Position numbers and translations under genes: made by a program
Notes under the pieces: model-generated
Databases searched by the model: none
What the model was told of the DNA's origin: nothing
What the model saw: only the letters and a program-made list of their open reading frames with translations
From: Massalongia carnosa
Taxonomy: Eukaryota
NCBI GenBank assembly: GCA_965645245.1
Contig: OZ287076.1
Location: 1,798,001 to 1,862,000, forward strand
Reading direction: 5' to 3'
Length of the DNA: 64,000 nucleotides
Part shown: positions 25,191 through 36,466 of the stretch, in pieces
Layout of the letters: every line of letters begins with the position of its first letter
Numbering within the stretch: position 1 is the stretch's first letter

Positions 25191-27068
25191 CTACGTGGCC
25201 TTGTTACCACCGTAGGTTCTGTTCCCATCGCGGTCTGAGTCGACACTGAGGTTATGTCAATTTCTAAAATGCGTTCAGGTTGGGGACTCGTTTGCTTACC
25301 GAGGATCAGCCTTATTTAGCAGATTCGAGTTATGGGGACCAGATGTGCCATGGGTATTTCCCGACCCTGTCAGACCACTGGTATTTCCAGAACCATATTC
25401 AGATGATGTACCATAACCGGTACCTGTACCAGTAGTACCAGAGGAGCCCAAACCGTGGCCAGATGATGATGTACCATAACCGGTACCTGTACCAGCAGTA
25501 CCAGAGGAGCCCAAACCGTGGCCAGATGATGATGTACCAAGACCAGTACCTGTACCAGTAGTACCAGAGGAGCCCAAACCATGACCAGATGACGTACCAA
25601 GACCAGTGCCTGTACCGGTAGTACCAGAGGAGCCCAAACCATGACCAGATGACGTATCAAGACCAGTGCCTGTACCGGTAGTACCAGAGGAGCCCAAACC
25701 ATGACCAGATGACGTACCAAGACCAGTGCCTGTACCGGTAGTACCAGAGGAGCCCAGACCATGACCAGATGACGTACCAAGACCAGTGCCTGTGCCGGTA
25801 GTACCAGAGGAGCCCAAACCATGACCGGAAGATGATGTACCGAGACCAGTACCTGAGCTAGTCGTGTCTGACCTAAGTGATGATGTATCTACGTGTTCAA
25901 TCCTACCAGCTCCGGCTACATGAGGGTCAAGCTTGTTGGCTGTTTCAGTATGGTGCTCGCCACCATGGACAATGTCTTCATGACGCCCATGATGACCATG
26001 GTGCCCATGCTCATGATGGCCCGTACCGGTTGTCCCTGTAATTCCAGTGCCACTACCGGTGCCGGTGGATCCGTAACCACCAGTATTACCAGTTCCACTA
26101 ACCCCCGAACGACCATCTAATACTTGTTAGAGTCTTGCTGTATATGCTTAAAATATCATAGAAGACTCACCTAGATTACTGTCGACGCGGGGATCAGCTT
26201 TGTTTGCTAGGTTCGAAGAGTGTGGCCCAGATGTGGAATGCGTTCCGGTGGAACCATAGCCAGCGCCACTACCAATACCAGTAGAACCATAACCAGTACT
26301 ACCTGTTCCGCTAATTCCGGAACGACCATCTAGGATTGTTAGAGGTTCAAAGAATATACTCTAAATAATACAGACAACTCACCTCGATCACTATCGACCA
26401 GGGGATCGACTTTATTTGCTAGATTTGAAGAGTGTGGTCCAGATGTCCCGGTGGACCCGTAGCCGGCACCGGTGCCAGTAGTATTACCTGCTCCACCAAT
26501 GCCATGTCCTCTAGTACGTCCATCTGAACATTTGTTAGAAGCTAGATCTCAACAACTCTTTCGCAGCAAAATTACCACGATCACTATCGACACGAGGGTC
26601 AGCCTTGTTAGCCAGGTCTGAAGAGTGAGGTCCAGCTGTTGTGTGGTGGGTTCCAGTGGAGCCATAACCGCCCGACGTGCCGCGGCTATTATCTTTGATG
26701 AGAGAGTCAGCACCTAAAAAACTATAGAACGCAACTGGACTCTTACCACTATCCACACGAGGATCAAGTTTATTCTCCATATTAGAAGAGTGAGGTCCCG
26801 AAGTTGTGGAGCCAGAGCCAATTGGACCACCGGATCCGGTCACACCGTGCTCAGTGGTACCTGATCCATAATTTCCAGATCCAGCATAGCCAGTATTAGC
26901 TCCAGTACGGTCATAGTCTACAATCGATATATTAACCTTTGTAAAAGTTCTATGATCGAATTTATAACTAGGGCACATACCATTGTTGCCTTGGTTGGCA
27001 GCTGCTGCTTCAGGAGTGTTTTTTTCGCCGGTCACGACGTTCTTAACTTTGTTGAGGAGTCCAGACAT
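25191..27068 (-). CDS. Fungal dehydrin-like DPR-repeat protein (Gly/Ser/Thr-rich)
   Basis: Seven exons give repeated GPHSSNLANK(A/L/V)DPRVDSD motifs typical of TbDHN1/DprA-like proteins. Introns ~26918-26980, 26693-26746, 26524-26575, 26330-26382, 26117-26170, 25246-25299; stop TAG at 25191-25193. Confidence 0.88.
25420..25855 (-). repeat. Coding tandem repeat, about 7 units of 60/63 bp (GLGSSGTTGTGTGLGTSS(S)GH)
   Basis: Near-identical units such as gtaccagaggagcccaaaccatgaccagatgacgtaccaagaccagtgcctgtaccggta at 25561-25800. Confidence 0.95.
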
Positions 27069-27518
27069 GTTGGGCAAGGTGGATGTGAAGTGGTGCAGTT
27101 GAATATATGTATGAACGAACAAATGTGTAGAGCAAGATGAGGATCAGCTGTTGCTTGGAGTAGGTGGTTGTAGAGTGTGGATGTATGAAGAAAGTATGGA
27201 AGTGGGGGGGTTGGGAGTATTTATGTCTCTTTGTGATGTAAGAATAGTATGCTACTACCCATGAAAGTGAATCGAGCTCACCACCGCAAGTTACGACATC
27301 AAAACCTGGCAGGAGCACCGGATCACACGAAATGAGGAAAGTGTGACGTGATTATGGCTTGGTTTGCTTCTAACTTGCCCTTGCTGTAGGGTAATCACTG
27401 CTGCAGGACGCTTGTAGCGTTGCCATTGAGCAATATCCATTGGTGGGGCACGCAAGGCTTGCACAGCTGCCCGGAGTTGAAGAGAGGGGTGAAGACGCGA
27501 AAATGTTCCCCACCTTGC

Positions 27519-27526
27519 TGACGTCA
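27519..27526. promoter_or_regulatory. CRE (ATF/CREB bZIP) palindrome upstream of the dehydrin-like gene
   Basis: TGACGTCA about 450 bp upstream of the ATG; TGACGTG at ~27344 and STRE-like AGGGG at ~27485. Confidence 0.45.
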
Positions 27527-28699
27527 CAGATGTGGCTGATGCCTTAACTTACCTCAACTCGTACATGTGGCTGACTCCGAAACGGTAAGGATCATAACTC
27601 TGCTTTACCCCAAGCTAAAAACCACTTAACCAAATAGGCAGGGAGTTGTGTCAATCCAACGAAGGCACAATTGGATTTTACCTACTTACGGGTGTTCTGT
27701 GTTCAGGAAGGAAGGTCAATTACATCATATGTACTCTAGGTCGGCCCGTTGATCCGAGCTCAGGATCACCGAATGTTAAGGAATCTTTTGGCTCGTTCCA
27801 CTGTTCAAAGTAGTGGAGTAAGATTCGATGGCTGAACAAGCCCAACATGTTGCTTCAAGTGTGGGCTTCATTATTGAAAGGCCAGTAATTGGTGCATGAT
27901 CGGCATACAACTCCCTTAATGTAGGCGACGGAGGTGAGAACTGACAAACAAGTAAGAGCACAGAGGCATCGGTATCGTCATCTTTCTTAAATGGTATATA
28001 GTACAAATGCTATTACAGCTATAAACAAGCCAGGTCCTATGCTATAACAACCACCAAATATAGAGAACTATCAAAGGCACTTACAGAATATCTGTAAGTG
28101 AGTGCGGAGGGCTCCTGTTTGGAAAACTACTCGATGAAACACTCCTAGGAGAAAGATACTTCTATAAGCGTGCTACATATGCTACTTCCATGAAGCAGTT
28201 AGATCTGGACTTCAGCAAAAAAACTCGACAGAAATATTTAGGAGTTTACCCTAAAAGAAACCTCCCGTCTTGATTGCTTCTAACTGCTTCAAATAGCAAC
28301 GAAGGAAGTGTAGAAACACGGTATATTCTCTCATGCCGTACGCCTATGTAGGATTTTTTTGCCACGAAGGTTTATTATAAGTCGCCCTATCTTAGTAAAC
28401 CCACCAAGTTTCCCCTACTCTCCCCAATCCCACTTCCCGTCTCGATTGCAAGTCGTATCACCTAGTTTCAAATAGGCTTGTCCAAAAAGTGAGCAATAAT
28501 AGGTTTCCCAAATTCTCAATTACTAAATCCCGGAACAAAATTGACAGGATTTTATACAGTAATATGATATAATGCAACTTCTTGAAACGTTATCCAGCAA
28601 TTTTAGCTTATGAGAAGACATTGGCCATATAGAGAAAGACAGCTCAAGTTAAAGAGAATAGCTTAAGAGTGGCTAGCGATACGGGGTACATGATAGCTT

Positions 28700-29339
28700 C
28701 CGTGGAATGCTTATGCTGATAGGATCCCGACTGGTCGATATAAATATGATCAACGGATTCTGAATTTGGCCATGAAGCCGGATATGGAGCCTCTTTATAG
28801 TGCTAGCTTAGACTGAATAGCGAGCGGACCGGGGAACAAGACCGAATCAATCGCTGCTACTACAATGCTGTCCAGAAGCTAGGAGAAGAGCGCCCAGGAG
28901 AAAGCCCCGACCAAAGCCAACCCAACTGTCACCTGATGTAGTTTAGATTGGGTGAATATGCCTAAAAGAAGTGATTTACCGCAGGATTGAAGAGTCCCCA
29001 CTATTCCTAAAAATATCCAATAGTTTACTGCGAGAGAGAAACCAAAGCAAAGACTGATATACAGCAATTGGCAGGGGTTCGATCCTTGTGCCACGGCTGG
29101 CGAGCTAGTACTTTGGTTTCGAGCATTTGCAACTTGTGTCCCAGAAAACGCAAAGAAAAGGAAGAGAAAGGTTCCCGCAAATTCACCTGATGTGGCGACG
29201 CAATGGCCTCGAAAGCCATCAGTAAGGAAACTCAGGAATGGTGTTCGAGTTAAATAAATGGGTATTGTGCCGGTTATCTGATGCATAGCGTGTAGTCATC
29301 CACGAACGGAGTCGCCTGACAAGGAGAATTCATACTCAT
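28700..29339 (-). pseudogene. Orthodox aquaporin (AQY-type MIP) pseudogene
   Basis: GEFAGTFLFLFFAFSGTQVAN and LLYISLCFGFSLAVN.WIF. The (SGG)LFNPA box at ~28980-29000 is out of frame, followed by VTVGLALVGA after an intron; downstream sequence has stops and no recognisable second NPA. Confidence 0.85.
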
Positions 29340-30065
29340 AATCGAAAGGCTTATGCACACAGTTAAGCTTATCGAAAGAAAACCACGAGTAAAACCTTTA
29401 AAAAAAGAGTAATACAAAGAAGATGAGACCTTAAGCACCCCTCATTCGATAAAGTCAAGTTTTCTAGGAGAAATGGCTATATTATAATGGAAAGAAGCGT
29501 GGAAAGCATAGCTTTCTGAAAAGGTGCCTATATAATAATCTGAGAGGGAATGGGCGAAGAAGTATTTGCCAACATTACGAAGAGAAAGCGTCCAGGAACT
29601 AACCCAGAACGATTAAGACTACCTTAGGATAGATTGGTAGCTCACCAGGTGATCTGCGAACCCAAAGCACTGACTGTCACTTCACAAACTTGGCGGAAGG
29701 TGAAGAAAGAATGGAAAAGGACCTTGCACTTCCCAAGAAGCGAGAAAGTTTCTAGGCTTGCTTCTTAGTTATTGACGGGGCATTCAGGCAATGAGTAGGC
29801 ATGGTTATCATCAGAAAAGTATAAGATGGACACTCTCCACTTAACTAGTGTCCGACGGTCTACTGACGCATTCAGTCTACTGAATAAAAACAAATACGTA
29901 CAACTCAATGACAACATAGTATAAAGTAGTGATAATTTTTTGACTTAATAATAGAAATATTATCATTCGAAAAAAAAAATCAAAGCTTTGGATTTTACGT
30001 GTTTTATAAACTTTTAACACGTAAATTTGTGCAATTTTTGATATTTTCATGAATTTAAAAATTTA

Positions 30066-30208
30066 GGGAACGGATAACAGGACACCACTTTGGTTAGATA
30101 AACACCACCTCCGGTTAGGTAAACACCACCTCCGGTTAGGTAAACACCGCTAGCCCAGGTAGGGTAGATTCCTCGGCCCCGCCCGCCTCTTCCCCTTTTA
30201 GGTCTAGC
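30066..30208 (+). repeat. Left TIR of the MULE
   Basis: Reverse complement of 32561-32704; contains three 21-bp GGTTAG(A/G)TAAACACCACCTCC-type units. Confidence 0.95.
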
Positions 30209-30297
30209 GGTTGAAACTCCCACATTCTACCTGCACCTCATCCTTGCACTCATATTTCACATTTGATCTGCAGGCACCCTGCCGCCGCCACGTCGTC

Positions 30298-32426
30298 ATG
30301 CCGCTTCGACCTCCCGAAGATAGTCAATCCTTTGCTTCACTAGAAGACCTGTTGCTTAGAGTCAATGAGCATGCCGCCCCCGAAGGCTACGCCGTGGTGC
30401 TTCTTCGAACCAAGAAAACCAAGCTGGGAGTGAGAAATAAAGCTTGGTTAAAATGCGACCGAGGTGGAAAAGTCAGAGAACCGCAGGGTCAGGATCGTCG
30501 GCACACCAGCAGTCGACTAATTGCTTGTCCATTTGCCCTGACAGCCAAAATGGACGACGAGGTGTGGTTTTTGGAGGTGGTAAATGGGACACACAATCAT
30601 CCGTCCAGTCTTGCTGGCTCTCATCCTGCCTTGAGAAAAATCGCTCTGACCGGTGTAAAGGATGACGTTACCAGACAGTTAACAGTACAAACGTCGGCGT
30701 CAAAGGTGTTGTCTAGTCTGCGTGTTCCCGATGTGAATGCAGATCTCAATCCTCATGATCCCAATGCCGAGATCATTGTGAATCCGATGTTTAAACCTCG
30801 GGACATCTACAACTTAAAGGCGCAGATGAGACGTGATGTCTTGGGACCATTGACTCCTATTCGGGCATTGATTCGTGAGTTTGACGAAAAGGATTGGGTG
30901 TACAACTTTCAACAAGACATTCATCAGCAGATTACGCATCTCTTCTTCATCAAGGGCTGTTCCTAAACTCTTCTGATAGATAATCATGAAGTTCTCATTA
31001 TGGATTGCACGTACAAGACCAATCGATACAAAATGCCTCTTCTCGTCATCAGCGGACAAACCGCGCTACATACTACCTTTTATGTCGCCTTTTGCTTTCT
31101 GATCACGGAGACAGCAGAGGACTACATCTGGGCTTTACAGCAATTGAAGGAGGTGTATTCTCGATTGGAACTTCCTGATTCGATTATACTCGTGTCCGAC
31201 ATGGAGAAAGGATTAATGTTGGCATCTTCCATAGTCTTTCCAGATATCAATCATTTGCTATGCATCTGGCACATCAATCAGAATGTGTTGACAAAGTGCA
31301 AAAAATCTTTCGACAATGAGGAATGGAAGATCTTTTTGTCAGATTGGAAATCAGTGATCTATGCAGCAACCGAGCCTCAATTTTGGAAGCTATGGGAGCA
31401 GTTTTCTGCTACCTATATGACTTCTCATGAAGATTGTATTCGATATTTGAAGTCTACCTACATTGATAATCATCGCGATCGCTTCGTGGCATGCTACACC
31501 AACAAGGTGCTGCATTTTGAGACAACGGTAACGTCGCGAGGGGAAGGCGCACATGCAGTATTAAAACGTCAATTAGGATCATCGACCGGAGATTTGAATC
31601 TGGTAGTTGACGGCATTAATCTGCTACTAACAAATCAGTATCATGATCATCTGATTGCTTTTGAAGAAGCCAGAACACGTTTTCCACTTCATCTTCGCAA
31701 AGTTATCTTTCAGCAACTGAGAGCATTTATCAGTCCCTATGCCCTGAAAAAGATTCTACACCAATACGAGTTATTAACAGGAAGACCGACTGTTATTCCA
31801 GCTTGTACCAACGTCTTCACTACCATCACCGGCTTGCCTTGTAGTCATCTGATTCAGCAACGATTATTCGAGAATGAAGGAAGTCTGAAATTGGAAGATG
31901 TGCACCCGCATTGGAAGTAGGTTATTGTCATCTGATCGATGGTCAGCGATCAGCTACTAACAACAGTTCAAGGTTGGAAAAGCGCGCCCCTCCGATTGCT
32001 TTGATTAATCCTCTTCTTCTAGTGAGGGAACCGGAGATAGCCCGACCTCGTGGTCGCCCTCAGGGAGCGGAAAACAGACGAGCGGAGGCATTTGACAATT
32101 CCACTCATCGATTACCATCTCAATTCGAACGGGTTGAAATGGAAACAGCTGATGCAATAGCTCCGGAGGTGGAACGAGCTATTCATCGAGCCAATACTAC
32201 ACCAGGCAGGGTAGGACGTCGGGGGCGAGGGCGAGGGCGAGGACGAGGGGGAGGGGGAGGAGGGGGAGGGGGGATTGGTGAAAGAGCTGAGACAAACACA
32301 AGGACTGGCCGAGCTAGGGCTAGGGCTAGTCGAGGCAGAGCTGGTCGAGGAAGGGGAGACGGGATTGGCGGGGATGCAGCAGATGGAATTGGCGGGGATG
32401 CAGCGAATGCGGCTCCAATCAACTGA
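30298..32426 (+). pseudogene. MULE transposase with a single in-frame stop
   Basis: FAR1-like N-terminus (GYAVV..CDRGG..CPF..HNH); DDE core MDCTYKTN / VSDMEKGL / CIWH / SRGEGAH; SWIM-like C..GLPCSH. TAA at 30964-30966 separates same-frame ORFs 30211 and 31000. Intron ~31917-31972 leads to an RGRP/RGG-rich last exon. Confidence 0.92.
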
Positions 32427-32560
32427 TTTGCATTACTAAGCTTCAAATAAAGGGTGCGATTCATGAAGACAGTGCCAATCGACAAATCCAATGTCTAGTA
32501 ATCGATGGTTGAAAGCTGAATTGAATTTTTTCTTGAGGTGTCAATGTTGGGATGTGGACT

Positions 32561-32704
32561 GCTAGACCTAAAAGGGGAAGAAGGCGGACGGGGCCGAGGA
32601 ATCTACCCTACCTGGGCTAGCGGTGTTTACCTAACCGGAGGTGGTGTTTATCTAACCGGAGGTGGTGTTTATCTAACCAAAGTGGTGTCCTGTTATCCGT
32701 TCCC
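32561..32704 (-). repeat. Right TIR of the MULE
   Basis: Inverted copy of 30066-30208. Confidence 0.95.
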
Positions 32705-33122
32705 AAAATTTAATTAAGAAACAGTTAAATGCGGACACTATACCATGACTCGGTTAGGGTTTAGTGTTTTTAACTGTAACGGAATGCGGGGAGCCACGTG
32801 AGATGCAAGTAACCTCCTAAAACCCAGTAGCCTAAACTTGGTACGGAGTACTTTTCGTACTTCGCACGGTACTTCCTTACGCTAAGCCTTGAACCGACAT
32901 CGCTTGATGATTGTAGACCCAAGTCATGGGGCCATCGACCATTTGGAAGCCTCACCTTAGGACTTGCAGAGCAGTCTTCCTACAGCCTACTTCATATTCG
33001 TTTCAACCTATATCTCTCTCGTTTACAACCAAAGAAAATGTATCTTTACCACCCGCCCCAAGCTCCCAGCTGAGAAACCCTCCGCCGTGAACAAGCCTGT
33101 TCTTCTCCCTTGGGGTTCGAGC

Positions 33123-35962
33123 ATGGCTTCACTGCGCGTGATTCTTTTCGTCATATCTTTACTTTTACTGCCAACCTTTCTAGCTTTCTTCTCGCTCATA
33201 CAGTCACACCCTCGAGGCGAAGTGCACACAGAATCAACTTCAACAACTTCGGGAGACGGCGTGCGCGCATTCTTCTCGTTTCATATACCCACCATGCTCT
33301 TTCCCCCTTCTGCAATCATCAGTCTAACGGATGATAACTCAACCTTTTTTCTTGCGCGCCCCGCTGATTTCGGTCCCAGGATACCTTCGCAAAGCTTAAG
33401 TGGCCAATTATGGGTGGGGAGCGGCTTTGGCGATGATACCATTAAGAGAGGTGGTGCAGCAACAGGAGCTGAAGGGGAGCTTGGGTGTAGTGATGTGCCT
33501 GGCTGGGAAGATGGCGATAGAAACAATCATGGGGAGATCGGGATACTCGCTGCTCAAACACTCAACGAAGACCCCGCCAAATCCGGTAAGACAGGAAGGT
33601 TTGAAGGGACGGATCGCAAATCTGGTGCAAGCGAGCAACGGGATTTATCTTCAGAGTCTGATGGTACAGATGATCATTTGCACAATCCTCTCCATATATC
33701 GAAGGTTTCTAAACCTCGTGGACCTGGAGAACCTGCCGAAGACGAGTCTGCAAAGCCTGGATATCCACCACTACATGCCGACATTCAGTCGTTACAAGAA
33801 AGTGCCGAAATAGCTGGGAAAGTGGTGCTTCTTAGTAGAGGTGGCTGCGGCTTTCTTGAAAAGGTTAAATGGGTTCAGCGTCGGGGTGGGACTGCTCTCA
33901 TCGTTGGAGATGACACTCGTGGCGGTGCACTTATAACCATGTATGCGCGTGGAGACACCTCAAATGTCACCATTCCTTCCCTGTTTACATCTCACACCAC
34001 CGCGCATCTACTTTCATCCCTTATTCCCGTGGGTCGATCCAACAAAGGCCGCTTTTTGGGAGATACGTGGGAGTCAAGTCAAAGCCAAGAACTGGCAGCC
34101 AATGCTGTTGCAATGGAGCCTGGGAAGTCGATCAATGATCTCAATGACGATCGGCCTAGATTTACGCCCAGTTTAGATTTTGCCCGACCCACCCCTTCAG
34201 CTCAAGTCAATCAGGTGTCCTCGAAATCAAAGCGTATGACCTCACCAAAATCGAATAACGCGTGGAAACCAGATGAAAACGAAGGCTGGTTCACTCGGGT
34301 GATATCGAGACTTGGCATTGGACGAAGACCGTTTAGGTCTAGGCTTTCAGCAGATAGCAGGCGCCCTCCTAGCAGCGGCCGTCTTGCTTGGATTAATGAG
34401 AAATGGGATGACGAAGCACGTAGAGAGAAGAAGGTTTTTTCAAGTCTCGAGCTTCGAGGCCAGGCAAATTCTCCAGTTAAAGGGCGGGATAAAGCTGCTT
34501 CACAACAAACACATAGTGATGACTTTGTAATCGGTGTTCAAGATTGGAGAGATCCTGACCTGGTAGCGCCAAAAACGTCTCTGGTCAAGGATAGCGGCCA
34601 AGGTGAACGAACAAGGATCAAGCTGAAGTCTTCAGACTTGAAAGCTACAAACAACGCTGGAGAGGACTCCAAAAATTCGGGGAACACTCTTGCTGGTGGG
34701 ATCATCACTCCTGGGAGTGGGGAATACGAAAAGCCAGGGTCCAGTCACTATGAATCCGAAAAGATTGCTCCATACCCCCACAAAAAGAGCCCCAGTCAGA
34801 TGGAGTCAATTCAAAAAGTAGGAAATTTAAACACTTGGTTATCTGAGGAAGGCTCCGAAAAGGCCTTCCGCTTAGGTTCTTCGCTTTATAGGCCTTCAAA
34901 AAACCAAAAGCATGAGGATATCTATACAGTTCCAGTTCAAACTCCTAAAGACAGGGACGAAATTCATCGACAAGATCGCTTTGAGGAGCACGAAGGGCTC
35001 TGGGTGACACTTACGCCTACTACCATGTCGACAAGCCCTTTCTTTGACACCTTGCTTGTTCTTGTAGTGAGTCCGCTGGTAACCCTGACGGTGGTGTACG
35101 CGCTTTTGCTGCTTCGTTCTCGTATTCGACGCCGTCGATGGCGAGCACCAAAATCAGTGGTTGATAGGCTACCTGTCCGAGTCTACCATACTATGTCGTG
35201 TTCTTCGACTTCATCCTCGTCAAGATTTGCAACTCCCAAAACCTCATCACCCGCCACACCGCTTCTACAAAGCAGTCCTCAGTCTGGCTTATCGGGCGCC
35301 AGGCCTCGCTCGCGAACAGCATCGAGTATAATCGAAGCTCAATCAGTATCGCTTAACAAGGCTGCTACAAAAGCATCTGTAGCTCAGATTGACAGGAGTT
35401 CTCGTGCGGCCGCTTGGAAGAAAAAGTATACTGGGAAGCAGATTGAATGTGTAGTATGTCTAGAAGAATATGTTGATGGCCACAGCAGAGTGATGAGCCT
35501 ACCTTGCGGTCATGAGTTTCATGCCGAATGCATGTAAGTTTACCATTGGTCCAGTACGCATTACACAGTTAAGCCCGCCTGACTTTAAGCAGCACCCCGT
35601 GGCTCACCACTCGCCGCCGCACATGTCCAATATGCAAAGGTGATGTCGTTCGCTCTATGACGCACGCTTCCTCTAGTGCTCCCACAGCCGCATCTCGTTC
35701 TCTGTTTCAGGACAATCCCAATTATGATGATATCCAAGCTCAGGCCGCAGAAACAGTCAACGATTCTCCATCCTCTGCAATTCCAATCCCTCGCGATCAC
35801 AGCGATTTAGAGAGAGCCGACGATCTAGCGGCGACGCTCGTCAATGACCAGCCTATTGCATCCTCTCAAAGGCGAAACTGGAGAGACCTGGCATCATTGA
35901 GCCTCTCCGCATTTACCGGGGAAGTTGCGTGGCGGCAGGCACAAGCAGACCGAAATAGGTGA
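33123..35962 (+). CDS. PA-domain, transmembrane, RING-H2 E3 ubiquitin ligase (RNF13/RMR-like)
   Basis: N-terminal hydrophobic segment; PA motifs (ARPADFGP, VVLLSRGGCGFLEKV..VQRRGG.ALIVGD, IPSLF); TM LLVLVVSPLVTLTVVYALLLL; RING-H2 CVVC...CGHEFHAEC|ITPWL..CPIC across intron 35534-35592. Confidence 0.92.
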
Positions 35963-36466
35963 TGGCTTAACAGGCCACTACGCTATGGAGCAGTCTACTG
36001 AGACGAACAGACGGATCCAAATAGATGATTGCTACACAGGCATGGTAGGCTGCCGATCACGAGGGCGTTCAGCATAGGGAGGCGCCCTGGAGTTCTCAGA
36101 AATATCCCACTGCACCTATTGTCAGACGAAAGTAATGAACTGTTCATAAGCCCAGTTAGTGGCAAAGCTCTCTATGTAATATTTGATGTCCCTTGCACTG
36201 TATTGGCTGCAAAATATATCTAGATACAAATTCCCTCATGATATCCGCGGCTGGATAATGCGGTTTGATCCCGCTAGTTGATTTCAATCATCGCAACTTC
36301 GAACTTGTCCTAATGAGGCGAGTGACGACAAATCGACGACGTGTGACGTATCTTGTTTTACCCTCTTTTCTTGGCTTATAAGTATGTAGGACCCCCGCCA
36401 ATCTCAACATTTACGATCATCCTTCTCCTATAAGTAACCCACTATTGTGGCTGTCAATCCTCCCTC

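Larger units (their letters stand above)
30066..32704 (+). mobile_element. Complete Mutator-like DNA transposon (MULE) with long TIRs
   Basis: TIRs 30066-30208 and 32561-32704 (GGGAACGGATAACAGGACACC...), about 3 differences. Flanking direct repeat AAAATTTA at 30058-30065 and 32705-32712 (8-bp TSD). MULE transposase inside. Confidence 0.96.

Noticed and set aside
25370..25822. 150-aa hydrophobic repeat ORF (MVWAPLVLP...)
   Set aside because: Alternative frame of the dehydrin 60-bp repeat; open only because of the repeat.
28700..29339. Aquaporin loss as part of arsenic resistance
   Set aside because: The remnant looks like an orthodox AQY-type water channel, whereas arsenite enters through Fps1-type aquaglyceroporins. 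It is also 13 kb from ACR3/ACR2.
30082..30150. Short direct repeats resembling a CRISPR array
   Set aside because: No unique spacers; they are internal TIR units mirrored at 32620-32690, in a eukaryotic context.
32751..32766. GGTTAGGGTTTAG next to the MULE end
   Set aside because: Fewer than two telomeric units; compatible with chance.
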